Origin: Minisyncoccota bacterium
GTDB lineage: Bacteria > Patescibacteriota > Minisyncoccia > UBA6257 > JAAZHW01
DNA: 64,000 nucleotides
NCBI GenBank assembly: GCA_035402745.1
Contig: DAONDV010000001.1
Span: forward strand, 19,636-83,635
Direction: 5' to 3'
How positions within the stretch are numbered: the stretch's first letter is position 1; each line of letters starts with the position of its first letter. The position numbers and the translations under genes were made by a program. Below, in pieces: positions 55,851 through 64,000 of this stretch. The notes below the pieces were generated by a model, which did not search any database, was not told where the DNA came from, and saw only the letters and a program-made list of their open reading frames with translations.

Positions 55851-55953
55851 TGTTATAAAATAATCTTACGCTGAAAAAATATTAAAGCAAGTATAGCAAT
55901 CATTTTTATAAAATAAAGATTATACGATAAATACTTATTTAAGCATTAAAATT

Positions 55954-56667
55954 ATGAGACAAAAAAGAGCTGAAAAATTATTAAGCGATGTGAAAGCTGA
56001 TTACAATAGAATTGCCGGTCACTTTTCAAAGACTCGAACTTATTTTTGGCCGGATGCCAAATTTTTATTGGATTATATAAAAGAAGATGATTTGGTTTTA
56101 GATTTGGGTTGTGGTAATGGCAGGGCTTTTCGAGAAATTAAAGAAAGGGGGGCTCAATATATTGGAGTGGATTTTTCTGAAGAATTAATCAAAGAGGCTA
56201 AAGATATTCACTCTGAAGCTGATTTTAGAGTGGCCAATGCTTTGCAGCTGCCGTTTGCCGATGACTATTTTGATAAAATTTATTGTTTTGCCGTTTTGCA
56301 TCATATCCCATCAAAGCAATTGCGTCAGGAATTTATGGAAGAAGCGCAAAGAGTTTTAAAACCGGGCGGCCTTTTAATTTTAACAGTTTGGGATTTGTGG
56401 TCAAATTCTCGCGCTAAGAAGATTTTATTTCAAAACAGATTGAAGAAATTATTTTTTGCTTCATCTTTAGGTTGGAATGATGTTTTTTATTTATGGAAAG
56501 ATGCTAATGGAAAAATACTGGTTAAACGTTATGTGCATATGTTTAAAAAAGGGGAGTTATTAAAATTGGCAAAGCGATCGGATCTGGAAATAATAAATTC
56601 CGGAAGGATTAAAAAAATAGGAAATGAAAACGGAAATATTTATTTGGTGGCGAAAAAGTCGCGTTAA
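55954..56667 (+). CDS. Trm9/ALKBH8-like class I SAM-dependent methyltransferase (candidate tRNA U34 mcm5-type methyltransferase)
   Basis: Motif I VLDLGCGNGRA. N-terminal YNRIAGHFSKTRTYFWPDAKFL, FAVLHHIP, VWDLWSN and YVHMFKKGEL line up with Trm9 blocks as recalled (YNEIAPHFSQTR..PWP, IDVGCGNGKYL, IAVVHHW, YYHLYREGEL). Confidence 0.6.
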   Translation: MRQKRAEKLLSDVKADYNRIAGHFSKTRTYFWPDAKFLLDYIKEDDLVLDLGCGNGRAFREIKERGAQYIGVDFSEELIKEAKDIHSEADFRVANALQLPFADDYFDKIYCFAVLHHIPSKQLRQEFMEEAQRVLKPGGLLILTVWDLWSNSRAKKILFQNRLKKLFFASSLGWNDVFYLWKDANGKILVKRYVHMFKKGELLKLAKRSDLEIINSGRIKKIGNENGNIYLVAKKSR

Positions 56668-56678
56668 TAATTTTAATT

Positions 56679-57008
56679 ATGAATTTTAAAGAGTATCAAG
56701 AAAAATCTCGACAAACCGCGATTTATCCCAATTTGGGGAAGAATTTTGTTTATCCATCTTTGGGTTTGGCCGGTGAAACCGGTGAAGTGATGGAAAAAAT
56801 AAAAAAATTGATTCGTGATAAAGATGGAAAAATCGATGATGAATTTAAAAAAGAAATTAGCAAGGAAATGGGCGATGTATTGTGGTATTTGGCGCAATTA
56901 GCTACGGAGTTTTCTTTATCTTTTGAGGAAATAGCAGAAGAAAATATTGAGAAGCTTTTTTCTAGAAAGGATAGGGGAATATTGCATGGAAATGGTGATA
57001 ATAGATAA
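56679..57008 (+). CDS. MazG-like nucleoside-triphosphate pyrophosphohydrolase (small all-alpha NTP-PPase)
   Basis: Sequence LGLAGETGEV...EMGDVLWYLAQLA is the MazG EExxE/D motif context. Confidence 0.7.
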   Translation: MNFKEYQEKSRQTAIYPNLGKNFVYPSLGLAGETGEVMEKIKKLIRDKDGKIDDEFKKEISKEMGDVLWYLAQLATEFSLSFEEIAEENIEKLFSRKDRGILHGNGDNR

Positions 57009-57028
57009 AAATTAGATGTTTTATTAAT

Positions 57029-57060
57029 AAATGCCGTATCGAGGGATACGGCATTTATTG
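57029..57060 (+). terminator. rho-independent terminator
   Basis: AAATGCCGTATC / GATACGGCATTT stem followed by ATTG. Confidence 0.75.
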
Positions 57061-57177
57061 TTTGTGGTGTGCCCTCCTCGTGGGGTTGACTTTTATATTA
57101 AGGTATGATATAATGATATCACTTTTCGTTTGGTACTTGAAAAGTCGAAAAAATAGCGTAAAATCTATAAAAATAAT

Positions 57178-59418
57178 ATGAATATGAAAAAGAGTATCAA
57201 TTTAATAATTAGTTTTGGCTTAATTACTGGAGCTATTTTATTGTCTTTTATTATGGTAAACGGTTTGAATTTCAGGCCGGTTTTTGGTATGGCTGCCGTC
57301 GCTAATGGCGCCGTTTGCCCTCCGATAACCGCTCATCCGACCGCTATCAATTTTAATCCAGAGCCAGCCAATGTGAATCAGTCTGTTAATATTAAAACTG
57401 ACCATATTTATGAATGTGATTCCGCTTCTTGTACTTGGTATTGGTCTGGTAGTGTGAATAATACAAATTCTAATGAGCCAAATGGTTCTTTCAATACAAC
57501 TTTTTCTTCAGCCGGCACAAAGAGTGTTTGTGTTGAAGTTCGTGCTGATTGGGCTGATGGTTGCGGAACCGTAAGAGTTGCTTATGGTTGTGATAATTTA
57601 TTGGTAAATAATATTGTTACTTCTGTTCCTACTGTTGACCTTTTGGTTAATCGATCAAATGGTCCTATTACCATTTCTTCTGGAGAATCTGCTACTTTGT
57701 CCTGGACTTCTACCAATGCGACTTCTTGTTTTGCTTCTGGTGATTGGTCTGGTGCTAAATCAATCTCCGGATCTCAATCAACCGGCAGACTTTCTTATAC
57801 CGAAACATATACTATAACTTGTATTGGTAATGGTGGCTCTGCTTCCGATAAAGTTACCGTCAGGGTATCTGGTTCTTCAACTCCGACTCCTTGGCCATCT
57901 TATACTCCGTATCCAACCCCAACTCCATACCCGACTTACACCCCGTATCCGACTTATACCCCTTGGCCAACTTACACTCCGTGGCCAACTTATGGCCCGA
58001 CCTGTATTCCTCCTGGAATTAATACGGTAACTATTTATCGTGACCCAACTCCGGTTTGTGCTGGACAGCAAAGCTTATTCAAGACTCAAGATATTTTTGA
58101 ATGTTACGGATATTATTGTGAATGGCGTTGGTCTGGAGATACTGGTAATATTACTAGTACAAATAATCCTAATGGAAGTTTTTACACCACTTTTTCTAAT
58201 GGAGGAACTAAAAACATCTATGTTGGCGTTTGGAAGAAGATGTATGTAGCCAATTGTGGCGAACAATATTTCCAAATTGCTACTGGTTATTTAAATTTTA
58301 GCGTTGGAGATTATTGTTCTTACACTCCGACTCCAACTCCGACCCCTACTATTACTCCGACTCCTCCGATTTGTCAGCATAATCTTTTAGCTTTGCCTTT
58401 GGCTCAAACATCTTGTGTGGCCACGGCTAATAATGGCGGAACCTGTAATGTTTCCACTTCTGATGGCTTTAGTGTTAGATATAATGTGTTAGCGGGATCA
58501 GTGAGCGCCAATACTAATATTAGCATTTTCATCTATCGCGCCAGCGATTTATCAGCGCTTAATGTTAAGGTTGGAAACTTGTCTATCATTGGCAATAAAA
58601 TTGTGCAGGTGATTGCCGAGAATGATAATTGTCAAACAGTGACTCTTTCTAAGGATGCGATAATTAATTTTACTTATCCGAATAGTTATACCTCTGGGTA
58701 TATTGAAAGTTCATTTACTAATTATCACACCCCGGTCTATGCTAATAATTGGTTTATGTTGCCGACTGCTAGAAGTACTAGCGCCAATACATTAACTTCA
58801 TTAACAAAGAACTTAGGATATTTCACAATTTATGGTCCAAGATATATTTACATCCCGACTCCGACACCGACAGCAACTGCAACTCCTAGTCCGACTCCTG
58901 AAATTTTAGGCACTACTTGTGTTTATCCGCCGGCCACACCAACCGACAATGATTTCTTGGATTCTTTATTCTTAGCTGCTTTGATTGATCAATTTAAAGG
59001 AATGAAGATCACTTGGTGTCAATTCTTAGGTATATTGAATTTATTGCTTTTAATCTTAATCTTGTGGTTCGCTTTCTATAGAAAGGAAAAACAAGCGATT
59101 AAGCAAGAAACATTAGCCTTCAACGGATCTATGGCTCAATCCAATAAGGGAAAATCCTTTTGGCAATGGTTAGCCATTCCATTCGTTGCTTGCTCCGCTT
59201 ATATTCGCGAAGCTTGGAAAAATCGTCAGGAAAAAAATAAGTTCTGGAAAGAATTTAAGAAAAATAACGTATCTTTAAATTCTCTTTTAGGGGAAATTAA
59301 AGAAACTGACGGTAAAGATATTGGCGCTTCAGTTATTCAAAGTGATTTGTCAGCCGAAACCATCAAAAAAGATGATCAGGATGATATTAAAGGATCACAA
59401 TTCGTAATCATCAAATAA
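57178..59418 (+). CDS. large cell-surface protein: signal/anchor, duplicated Cys-rich domain, Ig/PKD-like domain, Pro-Thr(-Tyr/Trp) linkers, C-terminal TM helix and basic tail
   Basis: Duplicated blocks ECDSASCTWYWSG...NGSFNTTFSSAGTK and ECYGYYCEWRWSG...NGSFYTTFSNGGTK. Ig-like ATLSWTSTNATSCFASGDWSG...YTITCIGNGGSA. PT linkers. TM FLGILNLLLLILILWFAFY. Confidence 0.7.
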   Translation: MNMKKSINLIISFGLITGAILLSFIMVNGLNFRPVFGMAAVANGAVCPPITAHPTAINFNPEPANVNQSVNIKTDHIYECDSASCTWYWSGSVNNTNSNEPNGSFNTTFSSAGTKSVCVEVRADWADGCGTVRVAYGCDNLLVNNIVTSVPTVDLLVNRSNGPITISSGESATLSWTSTNATSCFASGDWSGAKSISGSQSTGRLSYTETYTITCIGNGGSASDKVTVRVSGSSTPTPWPSYTPYPTPTPYPTYTPYPTYTPWPTYTPWPTYGPTCIPPGINTVTIYRDPTPVCAGQQSLFKTQDIFECYGYYCEWRWSGDTGNITSTNNPNGSFYTTFSNGGTKNIYVGVWKKMYVANCGEQYFQIATGYLNFSVGDYCSYTPTPTPTPTITPTPPICQHNLLALPLAQTSCVATANNGGTCNVSTSDGFSVRYNVLAGSVSANTNISIFIYRASDLSALNVKVGNLSIIGNKIVQVIAENDNCQTVTLSKDAIINFTYPNSYTSGYIESSFTNYHTPVYANNWFMLPTARSTSANTLTSLTKNLGYFTIYGPRYIYIPTPTPTATATPSPTPEILGTTCVYPPATPTDNDFLDSLFLAALIDQFKGMKITWCQFLGILNLLLLILILWFAFYRKEKQAIKQETLAFNGSMAQSNKGKSFWQWLAIPFVACSAYIREAWKNRQEKNKFWKEFKKNNVSLNSLLGEIKETDGKDIGASVIQSDLSAETIKKDDQDDIKGSQFVIIK
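57880..58005 (+). repeat. tandem degenerate ~18-nt repeats encoding a (P-T/Y/W-P-T/S-Y-T) linker; shorter PT-coding repeats at ~58321-58365 and ~58855-58905
   Basis: Repeated CCGACTTACACCCCGTAT-like units within the surface-protein gene. Confidence 0.7.
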
Positions 59419-59439
59419 ATCTCGCATTCTTGCAGGTTT

Positions 59440-59476
59440 AACCAACCGCCCCTCATAGGGGCGGTTGGTTTTTTAT
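59440..59476 (+). terminator. rho-independent terminator
   Basis: AACCAACCGCCCC / GGGGCGGTTGGTT stem followed by TTTTATC. Confidence 0.85.
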
Positions 59477-59539
59477 CAATATTACGTGGAATATACGGGG
59501 TTGTTTTTTGTTGTCAAAAATTATATACTATTATTGAAT

Positions 59540-60775
59540 ATGAGTATATTTTTTAAGGAAAAAGTTAAAACTCCCGTAGAAGAGCAATTGAATATTTTAA
59601 AAAAGGGCGTTTTTGAAATTTTGCCGGAAAATTCTTTGAGAGAAAAATTGGAAATCTCTCAAAAAGAAAATAGACCATTGCGTATTAAATTGGGAGTGGA
59701 CCCGACTTCTAAAGATTTGCATCTTGGTCATGCCGTTGTTTTAAGGAAATTAAAGCAGTTTCAAGATTTGGGTCACAAAGTAGTTTTAATTATTGGCGAT
59801 TTTACGGCTCTAATTGGAGATCCTTCCGGTCGTTCTAAGACTCGTCCCGCTCTTTCTGATAAAGAAATTAAAGAAAACGCAAAAACTTATTATATACAAG
59901 CTAAAAAGATTCTTAATCCTTCTCAGACGGAAGTGCGTTACAATAGCGAATGGTTGAAGAAGATTGATTTGAAGGTTATGTTGAAATTAATGTCTACTAT
60001 GACTGCAGCGCAAATGTTGGAACGAGAAGATTTCAAAAATCGTTTTAAATCCGGTAATGAAATTTATCTTCATGAATTTTTATATCCCTTTATGCAGGGG
60101 TTTGATTCGGTGGCGGTTAGAGCTGACATAGAAATAGGGGGCTCCGATCAAAAATTTAATTTATTAGTAGGTAGGGATTTGCAGCATTTTTATGGACAAT
60201 CAGCGCAGGCAACTTTGACCATGCCGATTCTGGAGGGTTTAGACGGAGAAATGAAGATGTCCAAATCTTTGGGTAATTATATTGGCTTAACGGAAAAACC
60301 GGAGATGATGTTTGGGAAGGTTATGTCTTTGAACGATTCTTTAATCTTGAAATATTTTGAATTATGCACTGATTTGAAAAATACGGAGATAAAAAAGATG
60401 GAAAGTGATTTGAAAAACAACGTTAATCCTCGTGATTTGAAATTGCGTTTGGCCTATGAAATCACTAGACTTTATCACGGAGAAGAAGCGGCGCGATCTG
60501 CTAAAAATGGTTTTATTAAGACTTTTAGTCAGAAGGAAGTTCCCACTGACATAGGTGTTGTTACATTGGATTTTCAGAATCAGCCTCTTTTTAAATTATT
60601 GCCTCAAATAGATAAAAGCATTAAAAGTAATTCAGCTAGTCAGAATTTGATTATGGCCGGTGGCGTTGATATTGATGATAAAAAAATTAAGGATCCATTT
60701 ATGATTTTGGAAAAAGGAAAAGAATATATTATAAAAATAGGAAAGAAATATTTTGTAAAAGTGAAGATTAAATAA
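59540..60775 (+). CDS. tyrS: tyrosyl-tRNA synthetase (with C-terminal S4-like domain)
   Basis: HIGH-like DLHLGHAV and KMSKS. Start at ATG 59540 downstream of the terminator. Confidence 0.9.
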   Translation: MSIFFKEKVKTPVEEQLNILKKGVFEILPENSLREKLEISQKENRPLRIKLGVDPTSKDLHLGHAVVLRKLKQFQDLGHKVVLIIGDFTALIGDPSGRSKTRPALSDKEIKENAKTYYIQAKKILNPSQTEVRYNSEWLKKIDLKVMLKLMSTMTAAQMLEREDFKNRFKSGNEIYLHEFLYPFMQGFDSVAVRADIEIGGSDQKFNLLVGRDLQHFYGQSAQATLTMPILEGLDGEMKMSKSLGNYIGLTEKPEMMFGKVMSLNDSLILKYFELCTDLKNTEIKKMESDLKNNVNPRDLKLRLAYEITRLYHGEEAARSAKNGFIKTFSQKEVPTDIGVVTLDFQNQPLFKLLPQIDKSIKSNSASQNLIMAGGVDIDDKKIKDPFMILEKGKEYIIKIGKKYFVKVKIK

Positions 60776-60814
60776 AAACCCCAAACTCCAATAACAAGAA
60801 AATTAAGTTGATTT

Positions 60815-62554
60815 ATGGGCGTAATAGATGATGTTAAAAATCGTTTGGATATTGTGGAAATAATTGGCACTCATGTTAAGCTTTCCAAGGCTGGCGCTAA
60901 TTACAAGGGCTTGTGCCCATTCCATAAAGAAAAAACTCCGTCTTTCATGGTTTCTCCTGAAAGGCAGATTTTTCATTGTTTTGGTTGTGGAGAGGGGGGA
61001 GACATTTTCAAGTTTGTAATGAAGTATGAAAATTTGGAGTTTCCTGAGGCTTTGAGGTTATTGGCGAAACAGGCTGGTGTGGAATTGAGAAAAGAAGATC
61101 CTCGTGTAAAAGATGAAATATCAAAAATTCGTGAAATTACGGAAGCGGCCAATGACTTTTTTGTGAAGTATTTGAAAAGCAGTTCGGCGGCTATTAATTA
61201 TTTGAAAGAGAGGGGATTGAAGGATAAAACTATTGATTTTTGGCAATTGGGTTTTGCGCCCGATGGTCGCGACACCTTGAATCAATATTTAATAAAAAAA
61301 GGATTTAAGCAGGATGATATTTTGAAAACCGGATTAGTCATTAAGTCGGTTAAAAATGCCGGTTTTTATTTTGATCGTTTTCGTTCCAGAATTATTTTCC
61401 CTATTTTTGATAGTCAGGATAATGTAGCCGGATTTACTGGTAGAATTTTTGGTGAGGCTAAATACGAAAATGAACCCAAGTATTTGAATTCTCCGGAGAA
61501 TCCTATTTTTAACAAGGGTAAAATTTTATACGGATTTTCTAAAAATAAAAAAGCCATTAGAGAAAAAAGCGAAGCGGTGTTAGTGGAAGGACAAATGGAT
61601 TTCTTAATGTCTTGGCAAGATGGTTTGGATGATGTTATTGCTACTTCTGGCACGGCTTTGACGGAGGATCAATTGCGTCTTTTGAAGCGTTTGGCTAAAA
61701 CTTTGGTGGTGGCTTACGATATGGATGAGGCTGGTAGAATGGCGACAGAACGCGCCATTGATTTGGCTAAAGCCTTTGATTTCAATGTTTATGTTTTGAG
61801 TTTGCCGGAAAATATTAAAGACCTGGCCGATTATTTGCAAAAATATCCCGGAGAAGTAAAAAAGATTATAGAAACAAAGGAAGAGTCCGGTGATTATTAT
61901 TATCGTTTAGCTTTTAATGATTTGGATAAAGAAGATGTTGGAAAGAAAAAACAGGCTGTTGATTTTATGCTTTCTAAAATTCATTGGCTTTCTAATCCAG
62001 TGGAAAAATCCCATTGGCTTAACAGAATATCTGCCGATTTGGATATTAAAGAATCGTATTTGGAGGAACAGTTGGAAAAGTTGCAATTGGATGCTCGTGA
62101 TTATAGAGAAATGAAACAGGATGTTAAAGAAGCGATTAAAATTTTGAAAACGAGAAAAGAATTGCTTTTTGAAAGAATTTTGGCTTTGGCTGTTAAAAAA
62201 CAGGAGATTAGAGAGAGATTGAGCGAAGTTAAGGAATATTTAGAGGGTGATTATCTAAGTTTGGCCGAAGCATTGATACTTGCCAAAGATTGTGCTATTT
62301 TAACTGATAATGGCGCTTTGTCTGAAAAGATAGGATATTTCAATTTATTGGCTGAATATCAGTTTGAGGAAGACGCGGATTTGTCGGGAGAATTTGATAA
62401 TGCCATTCATGAGTTGCGCAAGGAGACTCTCAAAAGTCTCATTAGTCAAAAAACACAATTAATTAAAGTGGCTGAAAGAAATAATGATATGGAAGCGTTA
62501 AATCGGCACTTGGGTGAATTTAAAGAACTGTTGAAGGATTTTTCTAAGTATTAG
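60815..62554 (+). CDS. dnaG: DNA primase
   Basis: Zinc-binding CPFHKEKTPSF...HCFGCGEGG; TOPRIM-domain blocks. Confidence 0.9.
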   Translation: MGVIDDVKNRLDIVEIIGTHVKLSKAGANYKGLCPFHKEKTPSFMVSPERQIFHCFGCGEGGDIFKFVMKYENLEFPEALRLLAKQAGVELRKEDPRVKDEISKIREITEAANDFFVKYLKSSSAAINYLKERGLKDKTIDFWQLGFAPDGRDTLNQYLIKKGFKQDDILKTGLVIKSVKNAGFYFDRFRSRIIFPIFDSQDNVAGFTGRIFGEAKYENEPKYLNSPENPIFNKGKILYGFSKNKKAIREKSEAVLVEGQMDFLMSWQDGLDDVIATSGTALTEDQLRLLKRLAKTLVVAYDMDEAGRMATERAIDLAKAFDFNVYVLSLPENIKDLADYLQKYPGEVKKIIETKEESGDYYYRLAFNDLDKEDVGKKKQAVDFMLSKIHWLSNPVEKSHWLNRISADLDIKESYLEEQLEKLQLDARDYREMKQDVKEAIKILKTRKELLFERILALAVKKQEIRERLSEVKEYLEGDYLSLAEALILAKDCAILTDNGALSEKIGYFNLLAEYQFEEDADLSGEFDNAIHELRKETLKSLISQKTQLIKVAERNNDMEALNRHLGEFKELLKDFSKY

Positions 62555-62599
62555 TTAAAAGTTTCGTAATAAAGTTTAAATATTTTAATAAATATAACC

Positions 62600-63829
62600 A
62601 TGGCAAAATTAAAATCAAAGACAAAAACACATAAAAAAATTATTGCGAAAAAGAATAAAAAACCAATCAAGAAAAGCGTCTCTAAGATTTCTAAAAAAAT
62701 AATCTTTAAGAAAAAAGCCGTTTCTAAAAAAGGAAAGAAGGCGGAGCTTTGGCAGGAGAAATTTGACGTTCTTTTGAAAAAAGGAAAAGAACGCGGTTTT
62801 ATTACAGAAACAGAAATTTTGACTCAGTTTCCTCAAATAGAAAATGATGTCTCTTTCTTGGAACAAATTTATGATATGTGCGAGAAGGCCGATGTGGAAG
62901 TGATTACTTCTAAAGATTTGATTGAATTGCCGCCCGAAGGAGAGGTGTCTGAAGAAGAATTAAAAAAGGCTACTCGTGTCGAGGATCTTGGTGAAATTTC
63001 TGATGCGGTTCAAAACTATTTAAGAGAAATTGGAAAGATTCCTTTGTTGAATGCGGCTAGAGAAAGGGAGTTGGCAAAACGCGTTCAAGAGGGCGATAGA
63101 GAAGCTAGGCAGATTTTAATTCAAAGCAATTTAAGATTGGTGGTTTCTATTGCTAAAAAATACGTGAATCGTAGTCCGAATTTAACTCTTTTGGATTTGA
63201 TTCAAGAGGGGAATATTGGTTTAGCGCGCGCAGTGGAAAAATTTGATTATACTAAAGGATTTAAGTTTTCTACTTATGCTACCTGGTGGATTAGGCAGGC
63301 CATCACTCGCGCTTTGGCTGATCAGACTAGAATTATCAGAATTCCGGTTCATATGATTGAAACTCTTTCCAAATATTCGCAGGCTCGCAGGAGATTGTCT
63401 CAGGATTTGGGACGCGATCCGTTGCCGGAAGAAATTGCCGCGGAAATGGGTATGGAAGTGGAAAAAGTTCATCATTTGGCTAAAATTGCCCAGGAAACTT
63501 TATCTTTGGAAACTCCTATTGGAGATTCCGATGATGACTCTTTTTTGGGTGAAATTGTTTCTGATGAAAAATCAGTTTCTCCCACTCAAGCCGCCACTCA
63601 TAGTTTATTGCGCGATCAATTAAAACAGATTCTTAATGATTTAGCCGATAGAGAACAAAAAATTATTTCTATGCGTTTTGGTTTAGAAGATGGTGTGGGA
63701 CATACTTTGGAAGAAGTGGGTAAGGAGTTTCAAGTAACTCGTGAGAGAATTAGGCAAATCGAAGCTAAAGCTTTGGATAAATTACGAGAACATCACTCTA
63801 TGAAAGGTTTGGAGGAAGAATATCTTTAA
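62600..63829 (+). CDS. rpoD: RNA polymerase sigma factor RpoD (sigma-70 family, Lys-rich N-terminus)
   Basis: Region 2.x block [13 protein letters not shown]; regions 3 and 4 (helix-turn-helix [12 protein letters not shown]). Confidence 0.92.
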   Translation: MAKLKSKTKTHKKIIAKKNKKPIKKSVSKISKKIIFKKKAVSKKGKKAELWQEKFDVLLKKGKERGFITETEILTQFPQIENDVSFLEQIYDMCEKADVEVITSKDLIELPPEGEVSEEELKKATRVEDLGEISDAVQNYLREIGKIPLLNAARERELAKRVQEGDREARQILIQSNLRLVVSIAKKYVNRSPNLTLLDLIQEGNIGLARAVEKFDYTKGFKFSTYATWWIRQAITRALADQTRIIRIPVHMIETLSKYSQARRRLSQDLGRDPLPEEIAAEMGMEVEKVHHLAKIAQETLSLETPIGDSDDDSFLGEIVSDEKSVSPTQAATHSLLRDQLKQILNDLADREQKIISMRFGLEDGVGHTLEEVGKEFQVTRERIRQIEAKALDKLREHHSMKGLEEEYL

Positions 63830-64000
63830 AATTAATTTACGTCGTTAATTAAACAAGTAAATGAAATTTAAAAAATTTAGTAAAGTTATTTTATTTATTT
63901 TAGTGATAATCTTTATTTTAAGTTTGCTTCTTTGGAGCGCTCCCTTGGGAAAAAGTTAAGATTAAAACCTTTTAAATAAAAACAGCCTCTCTCTTGAGAG

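Noticed and set aside
57614-58275. Several 64-69-aa ORFs on both strands inside the surface-protein gene
   Set aside because: Alternate-frame artefacts of the repetitive Pro/Thr-coding DNA.
63871-63969. 32-aa ORF MKFKKFSKVILFILVIIFILSLLLWSAPLGKS after rpoD
   Set aside because: Too short and at the window edge, with no ribosome-binding site evident. It could be a small membrane peptide but is unsupported.

Overview
The window is a low-GC, gene-dense bacterial segment that looks like a reduced Patescibacteria/CPR-type genome. The indicators are many short intergenic regions, no L30 gene between rpsE and rplO, a Zn-ribbon S14, ribosomal proteins with terminal extensions, strong AGGAGG-type ribosome-binding sites, and many clean hairpin-plus-T-run terminators. 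TGA, TAA and TAG are all used as stops, so the code is the standard bacterial code 11. The core content is the translation apparatus. This includes rpsL-rpsG-fusA, then a 3.7 kb non-conserved insertion, then tuf-rpsJ and the S10/spc cluster through secY-adk-map. It also includes rpsB-tsf, rplS, rpmE-prfA, rpmG, secG, trpS, tyrS, dnaG-rpoD and 12 tRNA genes. Other recognisable genes are a class II (B12-dependent) ribonucleotide reductase with an ATP-cone, a ComEC encoded as two ORFs, CorA, CapA, YbaB, PMM/PGM, RbfA, class I aldolase, TspO, alanine racemase, CdaA, a GT2 glycosyltransferase, GalT-like, RNase J, an orphan oligopeptide SBP and a SemiSWEET. No CRISPR array, IS element or integrase is visible. 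The most interesting content is at 54.3-57.0 kb, where an Elp3-type radical-SAM/GNAT protein sits divergently from a Trm9/ALKBH8-like methyltransferase, with a MazG-like gene downstream. This suggests a eukaryote/archaeal-style mcm5U34 tRNA wobble pathway in a bacterium. Other points worth a second look follow. RF1 lacks its N-terminal domain 1 and lies directly downstream of rpmE. An insertion of uncharacterised genes, bounded by a 38-nt perfect palindrome, splits fusA from tuf. A candidate ~200-nt structured sRNA follows ruvX. A nested-hairpin leader precedes rpsB. A stand-alone Cas4-like Fe-S nuclease is present. Several orphan hypothetical and surface proteins occur. All calls rest on reading the translated ORFs and the DNA by eye, and no database search was possible.
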